Positions 9,706 to 19,958 of a DNA stretch of 64,000 nt are shown here, in pieces (within the stretch, counting starts at the first letter, position 1; each line of letters starts with the position of its first letter). Below the pieces are notes generated by a model. The model did no database searches. It was not told the DNA's origin and saw nothing but the letters and a program-made list of their open reading frames with translations. The DNA is from Alphaproteobacteria bacterium (lineage in GTDB: Bacteria; Pseudomonadota; Alphaproteobacteria; GCA-2731375), in NCBI GenBank assembly GCA_965225945.1, contig CBDDBZ010000039.1:256001-320000 (forward strand), read 5' to 3'. Both the position numbers and the translations under genes were made by a program.

Positions 9706-10491
9706 GTGGACTACGGGATCGACGGCGATGTCGCGGTGATGATCGGCGCCGCGCGGGGGATCGGTTACGCGGCGGCGGCGTTGCTGGCGGGCGAGGGCGC
9801 GCGCATTGCCATCGCCGATATCGACGGCCAGGCGGCCGAGGCGGCGGCGACGCGGCTCGCGGACACCGGCGCCGAGGCGATCGGGGTCGGTTGCGACATT
9901 ACCTCCACCGAGTCCATCTGCGCCTTGCTGGCCCGCACCGAGGAAGCCTTGGGCCCGCCCGACATCCTGGTCAACGCCGCCGCGGTGCTGGACGACAAGA
10001 CCTTCCTCGATTCAGGCCCCGAGGACTGGGCCCGAATGCTCGACGTCTGTCTCACCGGGCCGATGAACGCGATCCATGCCGTGCTGCCGGGCATGACCAA
10101 ACGCGGCCATGGCCGGATCGTCTGCCTCGCCTCCGATGCCGCGCGGATCGGCCAAGCCCGGCTTTCCTATTACGCCGCCGCCAAGGCCGGCGTTATCGCG
10201 CTGGTGAAGTCGGTGGCGCAGGAGGTGGGGCGAAGCGGCGTCACCCTCAATATCGTCTCGCCGGGCGCCACCAACACGGAACTGCGCCGGGAACGCGAGG
10301 CCGGCTTGCGCGCGAGCATGGGGGAGGAACGCTATGGCCGCCGCGAGCGGGCGGTGCTGCGGATGTATCCGACCGGGCGCCTCGGCGAGCCCGACGACGT
10401 CGCCGGCGCCATCGCCTATCTCGCGAGCCGCCGGGCCGGCTGGGTCACCGGCCAGGTGATGAGCGTGAACGGCGGCTTCGTGATGCCCTGA
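9706..10491 (+). CDS. Short-chain dehydrogenase/reductase
   Basis: GAARGIG, YAAAKAG, VTGQVMSVNGG. Confidence 0.93.
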   Translation: MDYGIDGDVAVMIGAARGIGYAAAALLAGEGARIAIADIDGQAAEAAATRLADTGAEAIGVGCDITSTESICALLARTEEALGPPDILVNAAAVLDDKTFLDSGPEDWARMLDVCLTGPMNAIHAVLPGMTKRGHGRIVCLASDAARIGQARLSYYAAAKAGVIALVKSVAQEVGRSGVTLNIVSPGATNTELRREREAGLRASMGEERYGRRERAVLRMYPTGRLGEPDDVAGAIAYLASRRAGWVTGQVMSVNGGFVMP

Positions 10492-10551
10492 AGGACCGAG
10501 CGAAACGTCGCCATTTATGGCGACTGGTATATGAGGGTCAAAATTCTTCGC

Positions 10552-11712
10552 CTAATCGTCCGCGATGGTCGCGGCGGCGATCGCCTCCAATTCGCCACGC
10601 CGTGCCGCTATCAGCCCGGCCAGCGCGAGCTGCCCCTCGGCCCTGAGCAGGTTATGAGCCCGCCGGCTGGGCGCGACCGCCGGGTCCCAGGCGAAGTAGC
10701 GATCCTCGACCACGTCGGTCAAAAAGCGCGCCGCGAGTTCGAGCGCGATGCGCCCGAAGCCGGCGACCAGGCACTCCCGCTCCTCGGCGGTGACGGTCCG
10801 GCTCCAAGCCAGATAGCCCTGGACGCTGGCGCGAAAGATTTCGACGTCGAGGCGGGGATGCGCCGTGTCCTCGCCTTGCGGGTTGCACCAGGAGCGGAGC
10901 GCGTCGCCGAACTCCGCGTCGAGGCCGTGGAGTCCCAGGGTGTCGAAATCGATCAGCCCCACCGCGCGGCCGTCCGCCGGGTCGAACAGCACGTTGGAGA
11001 TCTTGAGGTCGCCGTGCCCGGGCCGCGCCGGTGGCGGCGCGGGCGTCGCCTCGCGCCAGAGCCGCCATTGCTCCAGCACCGTCTCGCCGAGACGGGCCGG
11101 ATCCTCACCCGCCTGGGTTTGGCTTCCGCCGCTCCGCTCCAGCGCCGCCTCCAGCGCCCGCATGCGCCCCGCTGTGTCGTGGAAGTGGCTTTCCGGGAGG
11201 GCCCGGCCCGCCGCCGCGTCGTAGAGCGCGTCGTGGAACCGGGCGAGCAGGCCGGCGGCGCGCTGGGCGTGTCCCGGGCTCGGCACCCGGTGCCAGTTGG
11301 CGCCATCGATCCAGGCGAGGAGCCGCCAGCGGCGTCCCGCCAGGCCGGGGACGGAGAGGCGGCCGTCGTCCGTCGGCTGGAGGCGGGGCGCGGCGAGTCC
11401 GGCTTCGACCAGCGTGCCTGAGACGGCGAGGATATGGCGGTTGACGTCGTCGCCGAATTGAGCCGCCACCTCCTGCAAGGCGAAGCGGGCCGGCCGGCCG
11501 ATCGCCCAGGTTCGATTGACCAGGCCGTCGGCGATCGGTGTCACGGGGCTGTCGGGGGCGAGCTGGGCAGCGAAGTGACGCAGCGCCTCTCGCGGCTCGC
11601 TTGGCCTCGGGTCCGCAAGGCGACGGTCTCGCACCTGCCCCGAGGGCGGATTTTCGGACGGTGAACCGTGCTGGCGCCGCGATCGCCGCGGCTGGCGAAG
11701 CCTGTCTTCCAT
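10552..11712 (-). CDS. Aminoglycoside phosphotransferase-family kinase; start uncertain
   Basis: HGDLKISNVLF, LIDFDT; GGAGG RBS before the ATG at 11712. Confidence 0.85.
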   Translation of the reverse strand: MEDRLRQPRRSRRQHGSPSENPPSGQVRDRRLADPRPSEPREALRHFAAQLAPDSPVTPIADGLVNRTWAIGRPARFALQEVAAQFGDDVNRHILAVSGTLVEAGLAAPRLQPTDDGRLSVPGLAGRRWRLLAWIDGANWHRVPSPGHAQRAAGLLARFHDALYDAAAGRALPESHFHDTAGRMRALEAALERSGGSQTQAGEDPARLGETVLEQWRLWREATPAPPPARPGHGDLKISNVLFDPADGRAVGLIDFDTLGLHGLDAEFGDALRSWCNPQGEDTAHPRLDVEIFRASVQGYLAWSRTVTAEERECLVAGFGRIALELAARFLTDVVEDRYFAWDPAVAPSRRAHNLLRAEGQLALAGLIAARRGELEAIAAATIADD

Positions 11713-11925
11713 CGCCGCCTCCCGCTCTCCGCCGAAGCGCGACGATAGCCTATTCGCCGGCAAGCGCGAACCGTCCTCGGCAGCGGCGGCCGGGCCGGGT
11801 GGGCACCTCGGCTCGCCTCACCAGGAGTCCCGACGAGCTCCCACGGGAGCGAATTTTCGCCCGAGTCTTCAGACCGTCTGGATTGTCTCGACACGGGGTT
11901 GCGCCGATTCCCGCGATCTGGCAAC

Positions 11926-11972
11926 TTACAACAAATTGCGTGGTGATTTGCCGGCAGCACAATATCTGGCGG
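11926..11972 (+). promoter_or_regulatory. Tandem NrdR-box-like sites
   Basis: TTACAACAAATTGCGT (11926) and GCACAATATCTGGCGG (11957), 31 bp apart, resembling acaCwAtATaTwGtg. Confidence 0.5.
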
Positions 11973-12058
11973 CATCGCGGCGGTTGCGGCGGTGCCGTCA
12001 CGTGGCGTCCGGGCCGGGTTCATCGTCGCGGACGCGCCGGGGAGGCGTCGGGGAAGAG

Positions 12059-12556
12059 ATGCATTCCAACCCGTTGATCGACAGCGCCGAGAACCCCCTC
12101 GACGTGGTCGAGGAAATCGTCACCGCGCATGAATGGCAGTTCGAGCGCCAGAACAACGACGAGCTGTCGGTCTGCATCGGTGGCGCCTGGTGCGACTATC
12201 ACCTGGGCTTCACCCACAATCCCCGCTATGGCGGACTGCAGATCGCCTGCGCCTATGACGTGCGCGTGCCGACGGGCAAGCGCGGCGAGGTCTGCTTGCT
12301 GCTGGCGATGGTGAACGAGCGCCTCTGGCTCGGGCATTTCGACCTCTGGTCGGAGGAGAGCATCCCGATGTTCCGCCACGTCCTGCTGACGGTGGGCGAG
12401 CCGAACGCCACCGCCGACCAAGTCGAGCGGATGATCGAGATCGCGATTTCGGAGTGCGAGCGCTATTATCCCGCCTTCCAGTTCGTGCTCTGGGGCGGCA
12501 AGAGCGCGGAGGAGGCGGTGGCCGCCGCGATGTTCGAAACCATGGGCGAGGCGTGA
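12059..12556 (+). CDS. YbjN-domain protein
   Basis: NPLDVVEEI...WCDYH...VNERLWLGHFDLW...CERYYPAFQFVLW; conserved position upstream of proC. Confidence 0.88.
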   Translation: MHSNPLIDSAENPLDVVEEIVTAHEWQFERQNNDELSVCIGGAWCDYHLGFTHNPRYGGLQIACAYDVRVPTGKRGEVCLLLAMVNERLWLGHFDLWSEESIPMFRHVLLTVGEPNATADQVERMIEIAISECERYYPAFQFVLWGGKSAEEAVAAAMFETMGEA

Positions 12557-12560
12557 GGCG

Positions 12561-13370
12561 ATGACCAAGCTGCTCCTCGTCGGCTGCGGCAAGATGGGTG
12601 GCGCGCTGCTGAGCGGCTGGCTGGCCGAGGGCATCGGGCCCGGGGACGTGGTGGTGGTGGAGCCGGCGGCGGATCCCGGCCGCCTCGCGGCGCTGCCGGG
12701 CGTGGCCATGGTCGAGGGGCCGGACGCCATTGCGGCCGATTTCGCGCCCGACGTCGTGATCTTCGCGGTGAAGCCGCAGGTCATGGCCGACGCGGTGCCG
12801 CATTACGCCCGCTATCGCAATCCGGCGACGCTCTTTCTCTCGATCGCGGCGGGCACCCGAATCGCCTTCTTCGAGGCGTGCTTGGGAGCCGACGCGGCGA
12901 TCGTGCGGGTGATGCCCAACACGCCCGCGGCCATCGGCCGGGGGATGAGCGTGTTGACCGCCAACGCCAACGTGGGCGCCGGCCAGCGCGAGGTCGCCGG
13001 GCGCTTGCTGGCGGCGGTGGGGGAGACCGCCTGGCTCGACGACGAGGGGCTGATGGACGCGGTGACGGCGGTCAGCGGCAGCGGTCCCGCCTACGTCTTC
13101 CTGCTGATCGAGTGCCTGGCCGAGGCCGGCCGGGCGGTGGGCCTGCCGGGCGATCTCTCGGCCAAGCTCGCCTTGGAGACGGTGGCGGGCTCCGGCGAAT
13201 TGGCCCGCCGGGCGGGCGACGACCCGGCGCAACTCCGCATCGACGTCACCAGCCCGGGCGGCACCACGGCGGCGGCGCTGGAGCTATTGATGGGTGCGGG
13301 CGGCCTCGAGGACCTGCTCGCCCGCGCGGTCGAGGCCGCGACCCGGCGCGGCCGCGAACTCGGCGGCTGA
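12561..13370 (+). CDS. proC: Pyrroline-5-carboxylate reductase
   Basis: GCGKMG, RVMPNTP, SGSGPAY, VTSPGGTT. Confidence 0.96.
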   Translation: MTKLLLVGCGKMGGALLSGWLAEGIGPGDVVVVEPAADPGRLAALPGVAMVEGPDAIAADFAPDVVIFAVKPQVMADAVPHYARYRNPATLFLSIAAGTRIAFFEACLGADAAIVRVMPNTPAAIGRGMSVLTANANVGAGQREVAGRLLAAVGETAWLDDEGLMDAVTAVSGSGPAYVFLLIECLAEAGRAVGLPGDLSAKLALETVAGSGELARRAGDDPAQLRIDVTSPGGTTAAALELLMGAGGLEDLLARAVEAATRRGRELGG

Positions 13371-13397
13371 ATCGCTTCCCTTCACCGTCCGGCGGCG

Positions 13398-14399
13398 CTA
13401 TGCGCCTTCCTCGCGGAAAGGGCGGGCCAGCAGGCGCTCGATTTCGGCGCCGAGGCCGGCGCCATGATTGCAGATCTGGTCGACGGCGGCGGTGATCGGC
13501 AGCTCCAGACCCATCTCGCCCGCCAGCGCCGCGAGCGCGGCGGCCGTTGCCACCCCCTCGGTCACCGCGCGCCGGGCGCCCAACACCTCGTCGATTCGCC
13601 GGCCCTCGCCCAGTGCGATGCCGAGCGACATGTTGCGCGATTTCTCGCTGCCGCAGGTGAGCGCCAAGTCGCCGAGCCCGGAGAGCCCCATCAGCGTCTC
13701 CACTCGGGCGCCCCGGGCCCGGCCGAGCCGCATGATCTCCGCCAGGCCCCGGGTCATCAGCGCCGCCCAGGCGTTCTGGCCCAGGCCCTGGCCCCGCACG
13801 ATCCCGCAGGCGATGGCGACGACGTTCTTGACCGCGCCGCCGATCTCCGCGCCCGCGACGTCGTCGGTCAGATAGGGCCGGAAGTGGGGTAGGCCGACGG
13901 CGTCGCGGATCTCTCGAGCCCGCTCCGGGTCGGTGCAAGCCAGCGTCACCGCGGCGGGCAGGCCACGGGCCAGCTCGTCGGCGAAGGTCGGACCGGAGAG
14001 GATCGCGATGGTCCGGCCCGGCAACGCGGCCGCCGCCACCTCGCTCATCGGCCGACCGCTACGGCGCTCGATTCCCTTGGCGCAGACCAGTACCGCCGCC
14101 TGGATGGCGATATGGGGCGAGAGCTGCCTCGCGACCGCCCCGCTCGCCTGGGCCGGCGTCGCGAGCAGCACCAGGCGGCGATCCGCCAGCACCGCCGGAT
14201 CGGCGCTCGCCCGCAGGCGTGAATCGAGCTCGATGCCGGGAAGATAGGCTTCGTTTCGCCGCCGCTCGCTCACCGCCGCTGCGATTTTCTCGTCGCGGGC
14301 CCAGAGCACCACGTCGCGGCCCGCCGCCGCCAGCAGCGTGGCGAGCGCGGTGCCGAAGGCGCCGGCGCCGACGACGCCGATGGTATCGAATTCCGCCAT
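13398..14399 (-). CDS. gpsA: NAD(P)H-dependent glycerol-3-phosphate dehydrogenase
   Basis: GAGAFGTALA, SGPTFA, GGAVKNVVAIA, GLGDLALTC, SRN. Confidence 0.95.
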   Translation of the reverse strand: MAEFDTIGVVGAGAFGTALATLLAAAGRDVVLWARDEKIAAAVSERRRNEAYLPGIELDSRLRASADPAVLADRRLVLLATPAQASGAVARQLSPHIAIQAAVLVCAKGIERRSGRPMSEVAAAALPGRTIAILSGPTFADELARGLPAAVTLACTDPERAREIRDAVGLPHFRPYLTDDVAGAEIGGAVKNVVAIACGIVRGQGLGQNAWAALMTRGLAEIMRLGRARGARVETLMGLSGLGDLALTCGSEKSRNMSLGIALGEGRRIDEVLGARRAVTEGVATAAALAALAGEMGLELPITAAVDQICNHGAGLGAEIERLLARPFREEGA

Positions 14400-14431
14400 G
14401 GTCGGGTTATAGCATTCCCGGCGCCACGGCC

Positions 14432-14839
14432 TCAGAGCAGGTCGCGCAGCATCGCCACCAGGGTCACGTCGGCCGGCGGCATGTCCAACTCCGCCATGCG
14501 GAGCGGCCGGACCCAACGGGTCTCCTGGCCCTCGCGCGGGCTGGGTCGGCCCTCCCAACGGCGGCAGACGTAGAGCGCCAGCAGCAGGTGAAAATCGTCG
14601 TAGGCATGGGAGGCGAAGGTCAGCGGCGCCAGGCACGCCTCGGTCACGTCTAGGGCCAGCTCCTCCCTCAGCTCGCGGATCAGGCACTCCTCCGGCGTCT
14701 CCCCGGGCTCGACCTTGCCGCCCGGAAATTCCCACAGCCCGGCCATGGCCTTGCCCGCCGGCCGGCACTGCATCAGCACCCGGCCGTCGACGTCGACTAG
14801 CGCCACGGCGGCGACCAGCACCAGAGGCCGGTCGGCCAT
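14432..14839 (-). CDS. mutT: NUDIX hydrolase (8-oxo-dGTP diphosphatase)
   Basis: Nudix box WEFPGGKVEPGETPEECLIRELREE; follows argJ. Confidence 0.88.
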   Translation of the reverse strand: MADRPLVLVAAVALVDVDGRVLMQCRPAGKAMAGLWEFPGGKVEPGETPEECLIRELREELALDVTEACLAPLTFASHAYDDFHLLLALYVCRRWEGRPSPREGQETRWVRPLRMAELDMPPADVTLVAMLRDLL

Positions 14840-16077
14840 CAGGAGCGGTAGTCGGCGTTGATGGAGATGTAGCCGTGGGTCAAATCGCAAGCCCACACGG
14901 TAGCCCGCCCCCGGCCGACGCCGACGTCGACCTCGATCTCGATTTCCTGGCCCTTCATGTGCGCCACCACCTGGGCCTCGCGGTAGTCGGGATGGACGTG
15001 GCCTCGCGCCGCCACCAGCACGCCGCCGATGCGGATGGCCAAGCGGTCGCGGTCCGCCTTTTCGCCCGACTTGCCGACGGCCATGACGATCCGGCCCCAG
15101 TTGGCGTCCTCGCCCGCGATCGCGGTCTTGACCAGGGGCGAATTGCCGATCGCGAGGCCGATGCGCCGCGCGGCGGCGGGCGACGCGGCGCCGGCGACGC
15201 GGATCTCGATCAGCTTGCTCGCGCCCTCGCCGTCGCGTACCACCTGGCGGGCGAGATCGCCCATCACCGCTTCCAGCGCGGCCTTGAAATCGCCGAGCCG
15301 GCGCTCGGAGGGCTTGGCGACGGCCTTACCGGCGCGCGCCCGGCCGGTCGCGAACAGCAGCACCATATCGCTGGTCGAGGTATCGCCGTCGACGGTGATC
15401 GAGTTGAAGGTCCGCCGGTTGATCGGTCCGAGCACGCCCTGAAGCACGTCCGCCGGCAGGCCTGCGTCGGTGAAGACGAAGGCGAGCATCGTCGCCATGT
15501 CGGGGGCGATCATGCCGCTGCCCTTGGCGATGCCGACGATGGCCACCTCCTCGCCGTCGATGCGCGCGGTCGCGCCCGCCGCCTTGGCGAAGGTGTCGGT
15601 GGTGCGAATCGCGTCCGCCGCCTCGGGCCAGGCGTCGGCCTTCAGGCGAGCGGCGAGACGGGGCAGCGCCGCGACCACGGCGGCGGGCTCCAGCCGTTCG
15701 CCGATGACGCCGGTGGAGGCGATCATCACCTGGGTCCTCGGGCAGCCGAGGGTATCAGCCACGCCGCGGGCCGCCTGGCGCACCGCCTCGGCGCCCGCGC
15801 GGCCGGTGAAGACGTTGGCGTTGCCGGCGTTGACCAGCAGCGCCCGGGCCCGGCCCCGGGGCAGCTGCTTGCGGCACCACTCGACCGGCGCGCCCGCCAT
15901 CTTGTTGCGCGTCAACACACCGGCCAGCGTGGTGCCCGGTGCCAGGCGCGCCAGCATGATATCGGGCCGCCCCCGGTAGCGCAGATTGGCGGCGAGCGTC
16001 GCCAACTCGACGCCGGCGACCTGCGGCAGCGCGGGAAAGCCTTGCGGCGCGAGCGGCGAGACGGGGATGTCGGGCAT
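14839..16077 (-). CDS. argJ: Bifunctional ornithine acetyltransferase
   Basis: AKGSGMIAPDMATML, DGDTSTSD, DGEGASK, INADYRS. Confidence 0.96.
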   Translation of the reverse strand: MPDIPVSPLAPQGFPALPQVAGVELATLAANLRYRGRPDIMLARLAPGTTLAGVLTRNKMAGAPVEWCRKQLPRGRARALLVNAGNANVFTGRAGAEAVRQAARGVADTLGCPRTQVMIASTGVIGERLEPAAVVAALPRLAARLKADAWPEAADAIRTTDTFAKAAGATARIDGEEVAIVGIAKGSGMIAPDMATMLAFVFTDAGLPADVLQGVLGPINRRTFNSITVDGDTSTSDMVLLFATGRARAGKAVAKPSERRLGDFKAALEAVMGDLARQVVRDGEGASKLIEIRVAGAASPAAARRIGLAIGNSPLVKTAIAGEDANWGRIVMAVGKSGEKADRDRLAIRIGGVLVAARGHVHPDYREAQVVAHMKGQEIEIEVDVGVGRGRATVWACDLTHGYISINADYRS

Positions 16078-16124
16078 CGGCGCCCTCCCTGGTTTCGGCG
16101 ATGCTGCTCTACCTTCTTGAATAA

Positions 16125-16189
16125 TAGAGCCATTTTCTCCAAACGGATCGAACCGCACCGGTTCGATCCGTTTGGAAAAAATGGCTCCA
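16125..16189. repeat. Palindromic intergenic element (GAGCCATTTT..CCAAACGGATCGAACC / GGTTCGATCCGTTTGG..AAAATGGCTC)
   Basis: Near-perfect arms of about 28 bp. Confidence 0.75.
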
Positions 16190-16196
16190 TCGGGCC

Positions 16197-16790
16197 TCAG
16201 CGCACCAGGTCGGGAAGGTGCTGGCGGATGCTCTGTTCCATCTCCCGGTCGAAGGCCTCGAGCAGCCTACGGGTGAAGGCATAATAGGCGTCATCGCGCT
16301 GATTGAGGCTGAGATCCTCCAGCATGGTACGCCGGCCGGTGACGGTGGCGAGGGCGAAACCGGCGCTGGTGAGGCCTTCGTCGCCGACGATGATTCGCGC
16401 CTGGATGTCGGCGGTCAGCTCGTGCGCTTCTTCCCGCGTAAACAGGCCCTGCAACGTGGTCTTGGTCCGCAGCCGCCTGGTGGTGACGCTCGCCTTCTCG
16501 ATCACCAGGCGGGCGATACCGGTTGGGCCCGTCGCCCGCAGACGATCGCGTGCCCAGGACTGGATCGCCTCCGTCGGCGTCACCGGAAACTCGTGCTCGA
16601 CGTTGGGCCGGGCGAGCGGCGGTTCGTAGTCGTCCACGACGATGATCTCGCGAACGTCGAGGTCGATCGGTGTCTTGTGGGTGAAGCGGATCTCCGGGTA
16701 GGCCGGCGCAGGCGGCGGCGAAACGCAGGCCACGAGCAGCGCGGCAGCGATAGTGACCAAGGTGGTGATTCCGATCGAACGCGCGCGCAT
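16197..16790 (-). CDS. Hypothetical lipoprotein
   Basis: Signal peptide with lipobox LVAC. Confidence 0.8.
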   Translation of the reverse strand: MRARSIGITTLVTIAAALLVACVSPPPAPAYPEIRFTHKTPIDLDVREIIVVDDYEPPLARPNVEHEFPVTPTEAIQSWARDRLRATGPTGIARLVIEKASVTTRRLRTKTTLQGLFTREEAHELTADIQARIIVGDEGLTSAGFALATVTGRRTMLEDLSLNQRDDAYYAFTRRLLEAFDREMEQSIRQHLPDLVR

Positions 16791-16875
16791 ATCGAGTCAT
16801 CCTCTGGCAAGGGACTAGCCCGCCATGGATAGCGGCGGGTGCGGGCAAATTCAACCTCGGCGCGGGAGACGGGGC

Positions 16876-17502
16876 GTGGTGCGTCGAATTGACTATCTGG
16901 TGGACGGGCCGGGCAAAGCGCGACTCACGCTGGCCTTGGCGCACGGTGCCGGCGCCGGCATGGACAGCCCCTTCATGGTTCATTTCGCCGAGCGAATCGC
17001 GGCGGCCGCCGAGGTCCGCGTCGCCCGCTTCGAATTCCCCTACATGGCGCGGCGCCGGGCCGAGGGCGGGCGCCGGCCGCCGGATCGCCAGCCGGTGCTG
17101 CTCGACGCCTGGCGCCGGGTGGCGGCGGAGCTGGGCGCGGCGAACCTCGTGGTCGGCGGCAAATCCATGGGCGGGCGGATGGCGAGCCTGATCGCCGACG
17201 AGACCGGGGCCCGGGGCCTGGTCTGCCTCGGCTATCCTTTTCATGCCCCGGGAAAGGCCGATAAACCCAGGACCGCGCATCTCGCGAGCCTCGCCGCGCC
17301 GAGCCTGATCGTGCAGGGAACGCGCGATCCGATGGGCTCAAAAGTAACGGTCGCGAGCTACCAGCTTTCACCGGCGATCCGGCTGCACTGGCTCGCCGAC
17401 GGCAACCACGATCTGGTGCCGCGCAAGGCCTCGGGCCGGACCCGGGACGAGAACTGGCGAGACGCCGTTCAAGCGATTGCGGAATTCCTCCAAACGCTCT
17501 GA
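16876..17502 (+). CDS. Alpha/beta hydrolase (KANL3/Tex30-like)
   Basis: AHGAGAGMD, GGKSMGGR, GYPFH, QGTRDP. Confidence 0.9.
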   Translation: MVRRIDYLVDGPGKARLTLALAHGAGAGMDSPFMVHFAERIAAAAEVRVARFEFPYMARRRAEGGRRPPDRQPVLLDAWRRVAAELGAANLVVGGKSMGGRMASLIADETGARGLVCLGYPFHAPGKADKPRTAHLASLAAPSLIVQGTRDPMGSKVTVASYQLSPAIRLHWLADGNHDLVPRKASGRTRDENWRDAVQAIAEFLQTL

Positions 17503-17580
17503 AGCCGGGACGGGGCTTGCCAAGACCGGCACCGATCTAGGAAGCTGCGCGAGCGGAGGAGCGAGGAGGGAGACGGGGTC

Positions 17581-19902
17581 ATGACCATGGCGGACGGACG
17601 AGAGCGGCGGCACCATCTCGCGCAGTGGGGTGGCTTCGAGGCGGTGGTGGAGGACGGCCGCTTCGTCGCGGTCGAGCCCTTCGCCAAGGACCCCGCGCCT
17701 TCGCCGATGCTCCAGGCGATGCCCGAAGCGGTCTATCACCGGAACCGGATCGACCGCCCCCATGTGCGCCGAGGCTATCTCGAAAACGGCCCCGATTCGC
17801 GCCAGGCGCGCGGGGCGGAGGCCTATGTCCCGGTCTCCTGGGAGCACGCGCTCGACCTGGTGGCGGGGGAACTCCGCCGCGTCCGCCAGGCGCACGGCAA
17901 CGAGGCGATCTTCGCCGGCTCCTACGGCTGGGCCAGCGCCGGACAGCTGCATCACGCCAAGAGCGTGCTGCAACGCTTCATGGCTTTCCACGGTGGCTAT
18001 GTCGGCCAGATCGGCTCCTACAGCGTCGCCGCCGCGCTCGCCATCGTGCCGCGCGTCGTGGGTTCGGCCGCGCCCTGCGCCGGGCCGGTGACGTCGTGGG
18101 ACAGCATCATCGCCGAAACCCGCCTGTTCGTCGCCTTCGGCGGCCTGCCGCTGCGCAACGATCAGGTCGACCGCGGGGGCGTCGGCGAGCACCGGTTGGG
18201 CGGCTATCTCGCCCGGGCGCGGGCGGCCGGCTGCCGCTTCGTCAACATCTCTCCGGTCCGCTCCGACATGGCGGGCGACGTCGGGCCAGAGTGGCTGGCG
18301 CCGCGACCCAACACCGATACCGCGTTGATGCTGGGCCTGGCCCATACGCTCGCGGCCGAGGGGCTGCACGACCGAGCCTTCCTGGCGAGCCACTGCCACG
18401 GCTATCCGCGTTTTCAGGCCTATCTCCTGGGCGAGAGCGATGGGGTGGCGAAGAACGCCGAGTGGGCCGCCGCCATCGCCGGGCTCGAGCCTGAGACGAT
18501 CCGCGAGCTCGCTCGGGCCATGGCGGCGACGCGGACCATGGTGACGGCGAGCTGGTCGCTGCAGCGGGGCGATCACGGCGAGCAGCCGTTCTGGATGCTG
18601 ATCACGCTGGCGGCGATGCTGGGCCAGATCGGACTTCCCGGCGGCGGCTTCGGGCTCGGCTACGGCTCGCTCGCCGGCATGGGCGCCGCGCGCCGGCCGG
18701 TGAGCGCGCCCAGCTTGCCGAAGCCGGCGAACCCGGTGAAGACGTCGATCCCGGTCGCGCGCATCGCCGACATGCTGCTGAACCCGGGCGCTGCCTACGA
18801 CTTCGACGGCCGCCGGCTCGCCTATCCGGACATCCGCCTGGTCTATTGGTGCGGCGGCAATCCGTTCCACCACCATCAGGACTTGAACCGACTGATCGAG
18901 GCCTGGCGCCGGCCCGAGACCATCGTCGTGCACGAACCTTGGTGGACCGCGACCGCGCGCCACGCCGACATCGTCCTGCCCTCGACCACGACGCTCGAAC
19001 GCAACGACGTCGGTGGCGGCGACCGCGACCGCTTCGTCTTCGCCATGGAACGGGCGATCGATCCGGTGGGCCAGGCGCGGAACGATTTCGACATCTTCAC
19101 CGCGCTCGCCGAGCGGCTGGGCTTCGCCGAGAGCTATACCGAAGGACGCGACGAGATGGGCTGGATCGAGCACATCTACGACGTCGCCCGCCAGCAGGCC
19201 GCCGCCAGCGACGTCGAATGGCCGGATTTCGAGACCTTCTGGCGCGAGGGTCACGTCGAGAGCCCGCCGTTGGACGCGCCCCATGTCATGTTCGCCGAAT
19301 TTCGCGCCGATCCCGAGGCCCATGCGCTGGGGACGCCGACGGGAAAGATCGAGATCCACTCGCCGACGATCGAGAGCTTCGGCTACGACGATTGCCCGGG
19401 GCTGCCGACCTGGATGGCGCCGGTCGAGTGGCTGGGGGCGCCGGAGGCGGCGCGCCATCCGCTGCACATGCTGTCGAGCCAGCCGGGGCCCAGGCTGCAC
19501 AGCCAGCTCGACCAATGCGCCGTCAGCCGGGGCGCCAAGGTGGCGGAGCGGGAACCGATCCTGATGCACGCCCGCGACGCCGAGGCGCGTGGCATCGGGG
19601 AGGGCGATGTCGTGCGTGTGTTCAACGATCGCGGCCAGGTGCTGGCGGGCGCGGTGGTGACGGAGGGCATTCGACCCGGCGTCGTCCAGCTCGCCACCGG
19701 CGCCTGGTACGATCCCACGACGCCGGGCGAGATCGGCACCCTCGACAAGCACGGCAACGCCAACGTGTTGACCCTCGACAAGGGCACCTCGCGCCTCGCC
19801 CAGGGGCCGAGCGCTCACTCGGCGCTGGTCGAGGTCGAGCGCCTGGTCGGCGCGGCCCCGCCCATCACCGCTTTCGACCCGCCGACGGTGGCGGCCGAGT
19901 AA
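17581..19902 (+). CDS. Molybdopterin oxidoreductase, BisC/TorA (DMSO reductase) family, no Tat signal seen
   Basis: GSYGWASAG, WSLQRGDHGEQ, GGNPFHHHQD, RLHSQLD. Confidence 0.92.
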   Translation: MTMADGRERRHHLAQWGGFEAVVEDGRFVAVEPFAKDPAPSPMLQAMPEAVYHRNRIDRPHVRRGYLENGPDSRQARGAEAYVPVSWEHALDLVAGELRRVRQAHGNEAIFAGSYGWASAGQLHHAKSVLQRFMAFHGGYVGQIGSYSVAAALAIVPRVVGSAAPCAGPVTSWDSIIAETRLFVAFGGLPLRNDQVDRGGVGEHRLGGYLARARAAGCRFVNISPVRSDMAGDVGPEWLAPRPNTDTALMLGLAHTLAAEGLHDRAFLASHCHGYPRFQAYLLGESDGVAKNAEWAAAIAGLEPETIRELARAMAATRTMVTASWSLQRGDHGEQPFWMLITLAAMLGQIGLPGGGFGLGYGSLAGMGAARRPVSAPSLPKPANPVKTSIPVARIADMLLNPGAAYDFDGRRLAYPDIRLVYWCGGNPFHHHQDLNRLIEAWRRPETIVVHEPWWTATARHADIVLPSTTTLERNDVGGGDRDRFVFAMERAIDPVGQARNDFDIFTALAERLGFAESYTEGRDEMGWIEHIYDVARQQAAASDVEWPDFETFWREGHVESPPLDAPHVMFAEFRADPEAHALGTPTGKIEIHSPTIESFGYDDCPGLPTWMAPVEWLGAPEAARHPLHMLSSQPGPRLHSQLDQCAVSRGAKVAEREPILMHARDAEARGIGEGDVVRVFNDRGQVLAGAVVTEGIRPGVVQLATGAWYDPTTPGEIGTLDKHGNANVLTLDKGTSRLAQGPSAHSALVEVERLVGAAPPITAFDPPTVAAE

Positions 19903-19958
19903 TACCAACCGCCATTATTGGCGACTCCCGGGCCAGAGTCTTCGACGATCGCCGCTCG

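Noticed and set aside
10552-11712. Antibiotic-resistance gene
   Set aside because: APH-fold motifs are shared by many sugar and metabolite kinases, and there is no resistance context
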